A stretch of DNA of 64,000 nucleotides from Sphaerodactylus townsendi (Eukaryota): assembly GCF_021028975.2 (NCBI RefSeq), contig NC_059430.1:90582001-90646000 (forward strand), in the 5' to 3' direction. The notes under the pieces are model-generated. The model ran no database searches. It saw only the letters and a program-made list of their open reading frames with translations, and was not told the DNA's origin. Below, one piece after another: positions 30,883 through 43,400 of the stretch. How positions within the stretch are numbered: the stretch's first letter is position 1; each line of letters begins with the position of its first letter. Made by a program: the position numbers and the translations under genes.

Positions 30883-31406
30883 GCCTAGGAGAAAGTATAG
30901 ACACTGGAGAGTCTTCACCTGTGTAGCTTACCTAACCTGGGCAGGGGCAGACTGAAAGTTCAGCAGATCCCATGCCAAAGGCCAATGAGGCCTGAAGAGG
31001 GCACTCATAAGTCATATCAAGGATGAAGTAGTAAAAAATTCAAGTATTTTATTAATACTCCCTTATACAAGTGTTGATGCATGTTGCTAATGAAATAAAT
31101 CCATTTTGACAGTACCAGAAATAGCAAAATGTGCCTTAAGGATGTCCTACTCTTGGTTTTGCAAACTCTATGAAGTTGATTTATGTTCAAAAGTAGCCAC
31201 ATGAGGCTCATATCTGAATTGTCTTTCTGGTTCCTGGTACTGAATACTCATCTGCAATCAGTTGCTTCTTCAGAAGACAATTATTTGATCTTCCCATTGT
31301 CTAGATATTGTTTGTCAGTCCTTTTTAGTATTGTAAATGACAGCTTTCAATCAAAGGTCTTTTAGAACAGTTTCAATTGCGGGTAACAAAAAAAAATTCA
31401 AATAGA

Positions 31407-34400
31407 TTATGTTGCCACATCCATTGTGATACCTTCACATTTTCCAGTATGTTGATCTGTGCAGGTAACATGTAAGGATCCATCCCTAAATAAGAGAGAT
31501 GTTTATAATGTTAAAAAAATCTAATGCCTAGGAAATCCTGTTGTGTATGTATAAGAGTTTTGATTACACATCTGAGTGCCAAACTGGACAAGGAACATAT
31601 AAAGAGGACTCATACTTCAAAAATGAAGTTGTGATGTAGAAAACAGTACCCTTCCCCAAGCCACCTTGAAAGTTTTACTTAAGCATGCAAAGGTCCCGGA
31701 CAAATTGACTCCTAGTATGGTATCTGAAAGCTGCAAGGAAGCTTGTTTCTCCTGGTAACCAACTGAGAAACTGTAGCTTAGATCTAAAGTAGTATTTCTT
31801 GGGACAGAAAGACTTCTGCTTGCAAAGGGTGACTTTTTCCACACATACGCCTCCAATTCCAAATGCCACCTGAAATGCTGTTCCTTAGATCTCATCCCCC
31901 ACAATTTAGTGCTATAGAAGAAGCCAGAAGTAAAAAAAACCCCAGCCCTCCTTGGTTGGAGTCCTTAGCCCATAGCACTGGTGTTCTGGAGCCATGCCTA
32001 TGTATCTTTTGTATGTAAGTGAAAAAGGAAGGGTTCTAGTATAAAAGAAAACAACTATGTTCCATGTTTATATCAAATAGGGTGATTGTAAATTATATCT
32101 AGCAACTCCAGTGTCAATTGTAGAATTATGCAGAAAAGCACCAGCAGTTTTTCTCTACTTAATTAACATGTGTAGTATTCAATTCACCAAAGTTATTATT
32201 TCAAACAAGTACGAATAAAAAAATTCCAATTTCTGTAAAATATATGTTCGTATAAAGTTGTGTTACTGGATCACAGAATATTTTGGTTTCACAGTACCTT
32301 TTCATTGTAAGCACAGTTAGTATGTCATGCAAGCCTTCTTTCACATCTAAATCCTGGAGTACAATCTGTTCAAACAAGAAAGCCCCCTATATTTATATCT
32401 GTTTAATGTGTTTAGCAAAAAGAATATCACATACTATAGAAATGCATTGGCAATCAGATTCAGAATCACTTTGTTTTTATTCAGTTTGCTCTCCATTTTC
32501 ATGTGTGAAAATACACCCATATAAAATTCAGATGCCACAGAAGTCCACAGTGATTTTCAGGAAAAGAGTTTTTTTTAAAAAAAAAAAACTTGCCATGAAA
32601 GTCCATAATCTAGGGTTAGATGAATGCTCATTAGTTTCTACATTTATTACAGGGACAAAGATTGGTAAATGGGAAAAAATCAGTCAACATGACCAAACTT
32701 GTTCATTAAAGAGCCTCATTAAGAGACACTTCTCCTATACTTGTCTCACTCAAAGATAGAACCACAGTGTTGAATTAATTCACAGCCACTTCTGGACCTA
32801 CCTAAGGTGGTAGCCATCTTAGGGGACAAGGAAAAGACAGAATTGGAAGGTTTGGATTTGAAAAATTGATCGGTAGAGATGAAGGTAACCTCAAGTAGCA
32901 TGCAGTCAAAACTGCTGTGACAGAACAAAGGCATTCCAGAGATAGAGGTGTTTTTAACCCACAATGGCCATTTTGGAACAATTGGAGGGGGGGGCTAACA
33001 TTTCAAAACAACAATCAGTGGGGGAGAATCCTTAGGGGCAACTGAGCATAATGCAGTTGAAACCACTGTGACAACCCAAGGGATTCCAGAGATACAGGTG
33101 GTTTTATCCGTGGCAGCCATTTTAATATTGGGACTTTTTCTCTACAGCGGAAACACATTACTTCCACTTCCTCTGAACAAAGCAGAACCGCATTTTAATC
33201 TTTTGGTGGGACAAAGTATAGTGACATGGAAACCACTCTCACAGAGCATTGCCAATATGAAAACCGATTGTATGATGGTATCATGTCGCCAAAATCATAC
33301 TACACAGCTCTTTTTTGCCAGAATTAACCTCCATCCCATTTCTTGAGGGACAATACTAGCACAGAGAGGAGGTGAAGCATGAGTGTGTGTCCCCCCCCCC
33401 CCCCCCCCCCCCGTGGCCTGGGCACTTAAGAAGGAACTATGTATACTACAGTGGCTTCCAGGCCACTGAAAAAGATACAAAATATTTAAAAATACTTTTT
33501 TTTACTGTGAGTTGCCCTGTGAGCCCTAAAAGCCTGAGTATGGGGTTTGTTTTAAAAATAAACACCATTCAGCTTTTACATGTGGAAACTTTGATAAAGA
33601 TCACATGGTAACTACTGTTCACTTCAAAGCTGCCACCTTATTTTTCACAGTAGCAAAGCAATTATTTCACCAGTCATAATTTATTACATAAACCCTATTC
33701 AATACAATAGCTTATTCAATACATTTTGTGGAGCTTCTGCAAGAATGATGATTTTAACAGGGAAAAGGTTTTAATAGTCTGTTCAGTATGCAAATAAATA
33801 TACTTTCTACTGGTACTTGCTCACCTGTGCAAATTTGTCATCCTCTTTTATGGGACTTTTTTCCAAAGATTCGTAAAATTCTACAAAAATGGAGGAGTTG
33901 TTTCCTGGAGCTTGTAAAATATGTTGCCTTCGAGCTGGCAAAGGAGTTCCTGACGGCAATGCCACCACAAATTTATCAGTACCTGACTCATCAACTGTCT
34001 GCGAAAACAGAGATTTGTAGTCTCAGCACTTCAGACAGAAGGACACCAAATCTCAAGTCATTACTGTCTATTCCAGAACAAAGGAAAAGTAATACTTTTA
34101 CAATCAGCACAATGATCCTTCATAAAACAAAGATCAGATTGCAAATGCCTGAACAGATCCATACTAACTTAATACTACTAATTAAAAAAACATTAATCAG
34201 ATATTATGGTTCAGCTGAACCTCAGTTCAGGCATGGTTTTAAAAAAAAAAACTAATACACATCCTTGCCCAATACTCCAAAAGAAAGAAAAGTAGAAATT
34301 CTCAGGATATTTCATTATAGCAAGCAAAGCCAAGATCTTCACTTAAAAGGCCATAAAAAAATCTCAGGCTTACCTTGACCAAGATATCTTTGGTAGAACA

Positions 34401-37400
34401 TTCAACAGACAGTGTCTCACTGTCTAAGAAGAGATTCTCTCTTCCTAACAAGATCCCAGCTTCTATGGCAGCCCCAATGGGAATGACTTCATCTGGTGGT
34501 ATAGAATTCAGCAGTTCAACTGTGGGGAATAGGTCTTTGATCAACTGTTGTAATTTGGGAATACGAGCAGATCCACCACAGAGAACGATCTAAGGGATAA
34601 AGAAAAATTAACAGGACAATATCGAAGCTTTTAGACTTTCCTGCAAGTTTATATTGGAGCAGATTTTCGAACCGGGAAAAAAAAATCTTCCTGAAACACA
34701 ATACTAATCACATCTTTTATCCAAATCATCTTGGGAGAAGGTGGGAAGTATTCTAAGTGCTCTTTAATGAAGCTGCCAACAGATTCCATTGTGATGGGTG
34801 AAGCGCAGAAATGTGCCCTAGATACACTGCAACTAATAAGAACATTGTTTTGAATCAGTCAATAGGAGCTGTTGGCTGAGTTAACATCTGACAGGGAGCT
34901 TAAAGTAAAGTTCTCAAGGGTGGAGTGAGAAGAGTTAGTCTAACCGGAGCAGCAATTAAAGATCTAAGGGGATTTCAGAGATTTAGCTAAGTTGCCCTAC
35001 CTGAATGTACTGAAGCATTACAGGAGGCCAGCAGAGTTTTCCTGGGTTATACAACTTAGTTGCAGCAAAATGCTATGATGTTACAAAGCTACCTGAGTGT
35101 GTTTTCTTTAGGCATATATTTTGTAAAACCTAACCATCTCACGCTTCCCAGTTAAGTGTTGATATTTACCTTCGGCTGCAGGTTTGTTTTGGAAATAAAC
35201 TTTGGTTTTGTTCATAGTGTGCATCATTTGCCAATCAAAGCATGGATGGGTTTATACTCAGACCCAGATCCATCTTCCTTTGAATCTTCTTTTTAATTTC
35301 CTTTCAATAACACAGGTGCAATGGTGGTATGGCAGAAAACATATTGTTACAGAAAGGAAATTCCTGTGAGACAGTGGCTAGACCCCAGGAAATCTGTCAC
35401 AGTTTGGTGGCACTGAGAGTGGGAAGGTTTTAGTGAATTCTTGTCAAAGTTGACCATAGCATGATGCCTTAGAACACCCATGATGTCCTGACTTCTTTTT
35501 TTAAAAAGGCAAAATCAAATAGAGGAGCAAAAAAACTGAAATGATGCCCAAAAACTTGATTTTTAAAATCACTGGTTGTTCTTTAAAACCTGCCACATTT
35601 TGCTGGATAGATATGCTTTTTAAAAAACACACACACACAAAAAGGACACAATGCACTGTCCCCTTTTTATTCTGTTAAATAATCCTATTTAAGGGATTCC
35701 TCCCATTTTCTGGTGGACTAAAGGCTAGCAATCAAGATAACTGGATAGCTCAATGGCTTCCGAGTTCCTGGTCTGACTAGCCTCCCCAAAAGGGGCACCC
35801 GTAACACTGTGATATAAAATTTATTTTCTTTTTTAAGTTTAAAAAATAATTTTATTTCACACAAAATTAAAAATTTACATATATTACCACATACTTGTCG
35901 AACAAAATATACATTTTTGTTATTCCTCTATTGGGAATACTTCATTACAATTTTAAACTTTGTGGTCTTCAGTTGACTTCACCATCCGTTTTGCATAATT
36001 CCTATGCCTTGTTCTTAAACTGGAAACTTAAAATTTTTATGCTACGGCTAATTTTTATAATACAATATTACCAACACCAGTTTTACTACCTTAACTCTCG
36101 TTTAAATTAATACCAATAAATTTCTTAATCATTCAGTTTAAAATAAATCTTCTATCTAGCTTATATAATATTGTTAAATTCATATGATCCTTCTTTCTAT
36201 GACAGACTAAGCTTGAATTTACCCCCAAAAAAAGTTTGCAGAAGTTCCCAAATCTTCTCTTGTTTTTGATCACTCTCATTCTGTAATTTCTTTTTAACTG
36301 ACAGCATAAAGTGACAAGAGAAAGTCCCGAAGGAAATTTTTGCTTTTTGTAAGAAAACAACCCCCGAAATCAATTTACTTTTTCAAAAATTACCATAGGG
36401 GAGCCCAATATAGTGGGGTAGGTGGGAAATTATATTGAGATGGGAAGTTTTTTTGAATAAACACACATTCAAGGACTGCACATTTAGAAACCAATCCCCC
36501 CATTTCTGGATAACATTAGTTATAGATCACACCCCGAATATTGCCACAAACAGCTTGAAGCTCATCAAAAAAACAATGGATCAAAGGCTGTTACCCTTGA
36601 AGAGTTACTAGGGTTTAAAGATTACTAGTCTGCTTTGTTTATACATAACTGTATTTGCCATGTGTGGCATACTAATGACTTGGAAGAAAACACAAGCAAG
36701 AAGCATGTTCAGGTCATTTAAAAACAAAAATCTAATTACCCAGGAGAAAATCTCACTAAACAGAGCCGTTGAGCCAAGTGTCTACTTATAAGCTCACAGA
36801 ACTGCATAATCATTGGTCAATTAATCAGGACTACATTCTTCCTACTCACACTATATAAATGAGACAGTGTTCTTATAAAATTAAGTGAGAGGAACAATAG
36901 ACCCAGTCTACCAAGGATATGAGAGATTTGTCTCAGTTGGCACCTGGGCACCAGGCACCAACCACCTTGAGCATATTGAAGTTTTAAAGGTAAAGACAGT
37001 CACCTGTGCAAGCACCGAATCATTACTGACCCATGGGGTGACGTATCACAATGTTTACTAGGCAGGCTATTTTTGCACGAGGGGTTGCCACTGCTTCCCC
37101 AGCTGCTACACTATACCTTAATCAAGGTGGGAACTCATTTTACTGACCTTGGAAGAATAACAGGTTGAGTCAACCTTGAGCCAGCTACTTGAAACCAACT
37201 TCTGTCGGGATCAAACTCAAGTTGTGAGCAGAGCTTTGACTGCAGTACCACAGTTTACCGCTTTGCGACAGAGGGCTCCTATTCCAGTGTATTAGGAACA
37301 ACAACAACAAAAATCCAGGATTACCTTACTGATATCATCTGCTGCCAGCCCAACTTGGTCCAAGAGTTTTTTTATGGCGTCTATGCATTTGTTAAAGAGT

Positions 37401-40400
37401 GCAGAACAAATCAGTTCAAATCTGGCCCTGTTGTATATTTTAAAAAGATGAAGAAAAAGAAGGAAGACTTAAATACATTTTCTTCCTGAGGGAAAAGTTT
37501 ATCTGGGAGGTCAGCTGGACATCTGGTGTAGCTAATTCAGCACAAGATGAGACCTGAAATGCAGCATGAAGAGCAGGCTTAAAGAGCTCTGACCTTAGTA
37601 GCCAAACACAAGAACTATTTCTCTACACTGCAACACCATGCCACCTTAGCTGTTCCAAGTTTGTACGACCACATAAGGGGCTCTACTGTCCCTCTTGTAA
37701 ACATATCTTCCTGCGAGGCCAATTGCTTACACTGGTAATTAGCATACTGCAGAGCAAACAGAATACATGTTAGTCACTGTTTTGGCTATCACACTAGTGC
37801 AGGGGTAGGGAACCTGCGGCTCTCCAGATGTTCAGGAACTACAATTCCCATCAGCCCCTACCAGCATGGCCAATTGGCCATGCTGACAGAGGCTGATGGG
37901 AATTGTAGTTCCTGAACATCTGGAGAGCCGCAGGTTCCCTACCCCTGCACTAGTGTGTACACTAGATCACATGAACGGAAGTAGTTGTATGGATGTTTTG
38001 TATTAAAAAGAGAAAAACTGATGGCTTCAATCAGCACATGAACCAACTTTAAATCCAGGATCCATCACATTATATGTTCATTTCAATAAGACTTGAGTGG
38101 CCAGAAGATAGTTGCACTTAACTGTAGTTCAGAGTTTTCTTCTAGGCTGGAACACATCAGAACTGTGCAGGCCAGCTCTTTGGAAGATCCTTCCAACTCT
38201 AACTCTTTAAATAACTGTACCAGGGGTGAGGGGCTTCCCTTTAAAGTGCTCCAGATGCCATTTTCGCACATAAACAATGAAGTGTTTTGAGTGGGGCACC
38301 CTTTCCCTCAGTTCTCCTGAAATGCCACAAGCCCTAGGCTAACAGCTGATCAAGAAATACAGATCTAACTAACTGTGTGGCAGGAGGAAGGGAATGTGTG
38401 CCTGCACAGAACACAACCCAGTGAACAGCAATTACAGGTAACTGTTTTCATAATTGGTCTTCGGTGCAATCCCATGCTGGGAAGCTAACAAGCTACTACC
38501 CCCACAAAGGCACTGAAAAAGAGAATGCAAACTCACTTTGCCCATTGATCTCTCCCTTCTTGCACAGAGAGCAGTGCTTCACAAGTGTATCCAAAGATTA
38601 CTATGTCACTACCCTGGAAATATCAGCCAATGGAACACCTCACACAAATGTAGCCAATGAAGCCTGTTCCCTTGTGCAGTGTGCAAGGATCTGGAGGGAG
38701 CAGGGAAGTCCTGTAAGTTGTGGGGACAATCCTCTTGGATAAAATTTGTGAAGAAGCAGCCTTCCCTTTGGATGGGCCTGAATGAAAAATAAATCATTGT
38801 GGAACCCTTTGAAAGGATTCTGTCCTTTTAAGATAAAACAATAAGGGTCTCCTAATACTCGAGGTATGTAAAGTTTGTTCAGCGGTAGAGGTGGCAATCT
38901 GAAAAATACCAGACATGTGATACTTTGTGAAAAATAGAATCTAGAGACCACCTTGGGTAAAAATTGTAGACTATGTCTCAGATACCTTCCCATCATAAAA
39001 CTTGATGAAAGGAGGATTTGCTCTTAAGGTAGCTAGCTCACCCACCTTTTTCATTGATGTTATAGTCACTAGGAACAACTCTTGAGGGACAGTATGGACA
39101 GAGGGCAGAAAGTCAGTAGCTCAAAGGGAGCTAATGTAAAATTACTGATAGGGACCAGTGAGATACTATGGGGGTCCTTGGAGGATAAAGGTTGAGGAAT
39201 CCCTTCAGAAACAACTTGGAATAGAAAAGGGAAAACAGTGTTCTGTCCTCTACAAGGGAATGTGATGTAAATATTGCAGCCATATTGCGCTTTAAATGAC
39301 GAAAGGGCTGAATTCAATGACTATAAAGAAAAGAAACATTCAAATACCAATGGAAAAGGGCAGGTTGTGCAGAAACTTATTAGCCCAGGTAGAAAACATC
39401 CCAATTTTTGAATATACTAAAGTCTTTTCATCAGCCTGTAAGCATTAAGAAATCTAAAAGCAAAGGATGAGAAACCAAGTTGTTAAACAGCTTCTTTTTG
39501 ATGACACACAACCCTTCTGAATAGTAAATCTGGGATCCGAGGAAGTTGTATATTCCTGCCCCATCTAAGTTGCTGAATAATCAGTTAGAAAAGGCCTTTT
39601 CCCAGAGGATAGCTTTTAAGTGTGAGGCATGGTCAATTCAGGACTTAGGGGTGAACAGGTGGGAGTGTTTGAATTCTGCCACATGGTACAACTCACCAAA
39701 ACATGATAAATATTAATCTATCCTCACTATTTTTTAAAGTAATGCCTTCAGGGTCATGAAGAAGGGCAAAGAAAAAGATTGACAAATAATGGCTCAGCAA
39801 CAGAGAAAGAAGAATTCAGAGATGAAAACTCAATCTTCATGTTGGGGTAGCAAAGAATGAACTGAGGAAAGGGGGCACCTCCTCTAAGAGCATCTGGAAC
39901 CCCTCCCCCTGATAGAGCCTGAAAGATCTTCTGCACAGCTAGCCTGCACAGCTTCAATGTGGGACTGCCCCAAAGACCAATAAACATTAGAAAGACAACT
40001 GCAAGACTGAACATAAGCAATCGGATTCAAATTTGTAAAACCAATGAATAATTTGATTAAATGGTAGCATACTACATACTCACTAGAAACAAAAGTTTAG
40101 AATAGTTTTTTCCTCAAGGAACAGTTACCCTTACCTGGAAACATTACAGTCAAAATCTATTCCATCATAGAGAGAGTCAACAAAGCAGTTTGCACTTCCC
40201 AGCGTTGACAGCGCATGCTTTGCCACTTCAGCACTGTTCATCAGCTTCATCATGGCCCTCGAGTTCCCTCTCACATCATACTTATAAGACCTAAGTTTTC
40301 AAAAAAGTAATTACCAACTGCAGATAAAAAATACACTCAGCAATATATTAGTAATCATTAGCCTCATTGATCAGTTAAACATCCAAAGGTAGGTACAGCA

Positions 40401-43400
40401 GAACCTGACTGCAAATCCTTTTGCTGGAATGTGACTCTAATTATGCATTATAACAGTGCATAATGTACACATAATGGAGTGAACAGTAAGACATTTCAGC
40501 CTTACAAAGAAGTTTCACGGGAGTTACTAGCCTGTCTGCTCACTCTTGATTATGAAAGGAGGCTTGAATGAAAGAAATTTTTTTGAGAAGCTTCCCCTCC
40601 TGGTTGCCCAAAGGCCATTCTTACATGCCATAGGCCAGTGGCTGTTTACAAGTCTGTAACTTTCTCTAGTCAATCAAATAGGGTACACTGCACTTGCAAC
40701 AGCCAGTATTTGAATACAGTCAAATTTAAAAACTGATCTTCAATGAAACTCACTAGGTGACATCGTACAGGCACTCTCCTGACAGTTCTAAAAGAGAAAT
40801 CGTTTCAGACTTTGGTTCAGTTCCATGTTATCTTAAAGCCAGGAGAACTTACCTTTGAAATTCGGAAGCCAGATGCTGGGCTACGGCTTCCGTGAAACAG
40901 ATTCCACCTATGCTATCATCTGTGTTAGTAGAGAGAACGTGGTACAGTCCACTGTTGACTTCTATAACAGTGATAGAGAGGGATGCTCCTCCAAGTTTGT
41001 AAACTAACACGTTGCTTCAACAGCAAAAATTAAAAAGCAAGATTAATGAGGTTAATGAGACATGAGTATTATACTACAGCCCTTTATCATAACAATAAAC
41101 CCTTTAAAACACTTATAACAAGTTTGGTTAAGGCTGAGGTTTCAGTTACCTGCCACTACCACTTAGCTTTGAATCCCAAGTTTAAAAATTCAGTAACGTA
41201 AATTTTGTAATTAGAACTGTAATCTTCTTACTGCCATTTGAACCAATCAGCATTTAATAAACTGATACCAACATATATTCTACCCATGTTCATAATGAGT
41301 TCTGAGCATCGCATTTCCACAGATCAATTCTCTGCGTACAGCAGCAGGAGGGGGTGGGATGCCACAATTCTACTGAATACAGCAAGGGTGATCTGTGAGC
41401 CAGGTTTCAAACACATTGATGTAAGACTATTGGGTAACAGGGTGCAATGTTTAAAGCCATGGGTTCTGAAGCTGGACCCCAACTGGAACAATTTCAATGG
41501 CCAAACCAGACTACAACAGTATCTGAACCTTAGATATACCATGTTTCCCCGAAAATAAGACAAGGACTTATTGGGGCTTATCTTCAGGGGATGTCTTATT
41601 TTTTCCCATGATTTTGCGCAACCCACAAGACCAGATCAGATGCACCAGGGAATATGTAACTAGGGCTTATTTTCGGGGTAGGTCTTATTTTCAGGCAAAC
41701 AGGGTAGTTGGGTTCTGCTGAAGCCAAGGGTGGGTGGTACATTCTGAAGTGGCAAAGTTGTGAATTCTAAGGTTTTTATTCCAATGAGGCTTGAAGAACT
41801 AGGGCCCCTTCCGCACACACAAAATAATGCGTTTTCAAACCACTTTCACAACTGTTTGCAAGTGGATTTTGCTATTCCACACAGCTTCAAAGAGCACTGA
41901 AAGCAGTTTGAAAGTGCATTATTCTGCATGTGCGGAATGAGCCTAGGATAATACTACAGGAGCACAAGCATCCATTATCTTAACCAACCATAATTCCATT
42001 TTTCCTCTTTGCTACATTTAATTTTTCTCATTTCTCACTGTGAAAATTAAATGAAACTACTCTAAGCCTTTCATATAATTCAAAGCATTTTAAAAATATA
42101 GTATGTATCAAATAGTAATGCTATTTGTTTGAGAACTATAAATCATTACCTTTTTCCATTGGGTGAGTCTTGCCCAATTCCATATGCCAAAAGAGCGGCA
42201 GATGGTTCATGGATTAGCCTTAGAACATTCAGCCCAGCTGACACAGCAGCTTCTCTGCGACAGATACAATGGTCAAGAGATTGGCATTTAATTTCCAGCT
42301 ATTGTCTTGTCTCAATACAGAACAGAAAAATGCTCTGTCATGAATGGGTAGAACTGAACCCAAACAAACCTGCCTCAACGAACTTATACACCAGTTCAAG
42401 GCATGCTTAAATAGCCATAGGTGTAAAACAAATGAACTGAAACTAGATAAAGCATAAAATCACCATAAAGACAGATATGGAAGCAAAAGCTACTGACCCA
42501 CTCTAAGCAACCTAGTGTATATAATGTTTGAGAGTTGGGATTCAGAATCTAAATCTCCCATGCCCAAAGCCAATGTCTCTTATAGCTAAAATTCCTGCAG
42601 ACACATTTAATCCATACACCCCCACAAAGGACATTCTTACCCAAGAACATTCTTCTGTTTCTCTCCAAAATCAAAAGGCACCGTAATAACTGTGTCATTG
42701 ACATCAGCACCCAAAGCAGACTGAGCTGTTTCTACATATTAAAAACAAACCCACAGTGTTATAAGAGCAAAGCCATCGTTTCAAATGAGGAAGTGTCAAA
42801 TGTGGAATGTTAGTTTTTTACCTTTCATTTTCCTGAAGATCAGTTTTGCAACTTCCTCAGGAGAAACAAGTTTGCCATCTATTTCATAATGAAGTTTACC
42901 AGTCTTTTCAATGACCTACAAATGAGGACAAACCAAAGACAATTCTCAAAGGGCCCACAAAAAGATCTGTTAAAAACGGCCGCATATGTTTATTCATGTC
43001 TCTGCACAATTCACAAATGAAGCGGGAGGTAGATCCTCCACATTCAGAGGCATGACTGGGGAAGGTCTCAGCCTCTACCGCCTGTTGTTGGCCTTCCAGA
43101 ATAACTGGGTGGCCACTGTGAGAAACTGGATGCTGGACTAAATGGACCACTTGGCTGATCCAGCAGGCCTCTTTCTTATCTTCTTAGATAATGCAGAAAA
43201 GAAGATAATGCAGAGAGCTTTTGCTCAACTACTGCCCCATGCTCCTTTTCATGTCAGAAATTATTCTCCAACTATGAATACCTCACAAGATCAACAAGAT
43301 ATTCTGAAGTAGCAGCAGCAGGTATTTGGGACAAGCAACCTAACACAGTGATCGCCCAACTATAAAGTTCTTCCTCCACTGACTCTTGACAATTCCTGTT

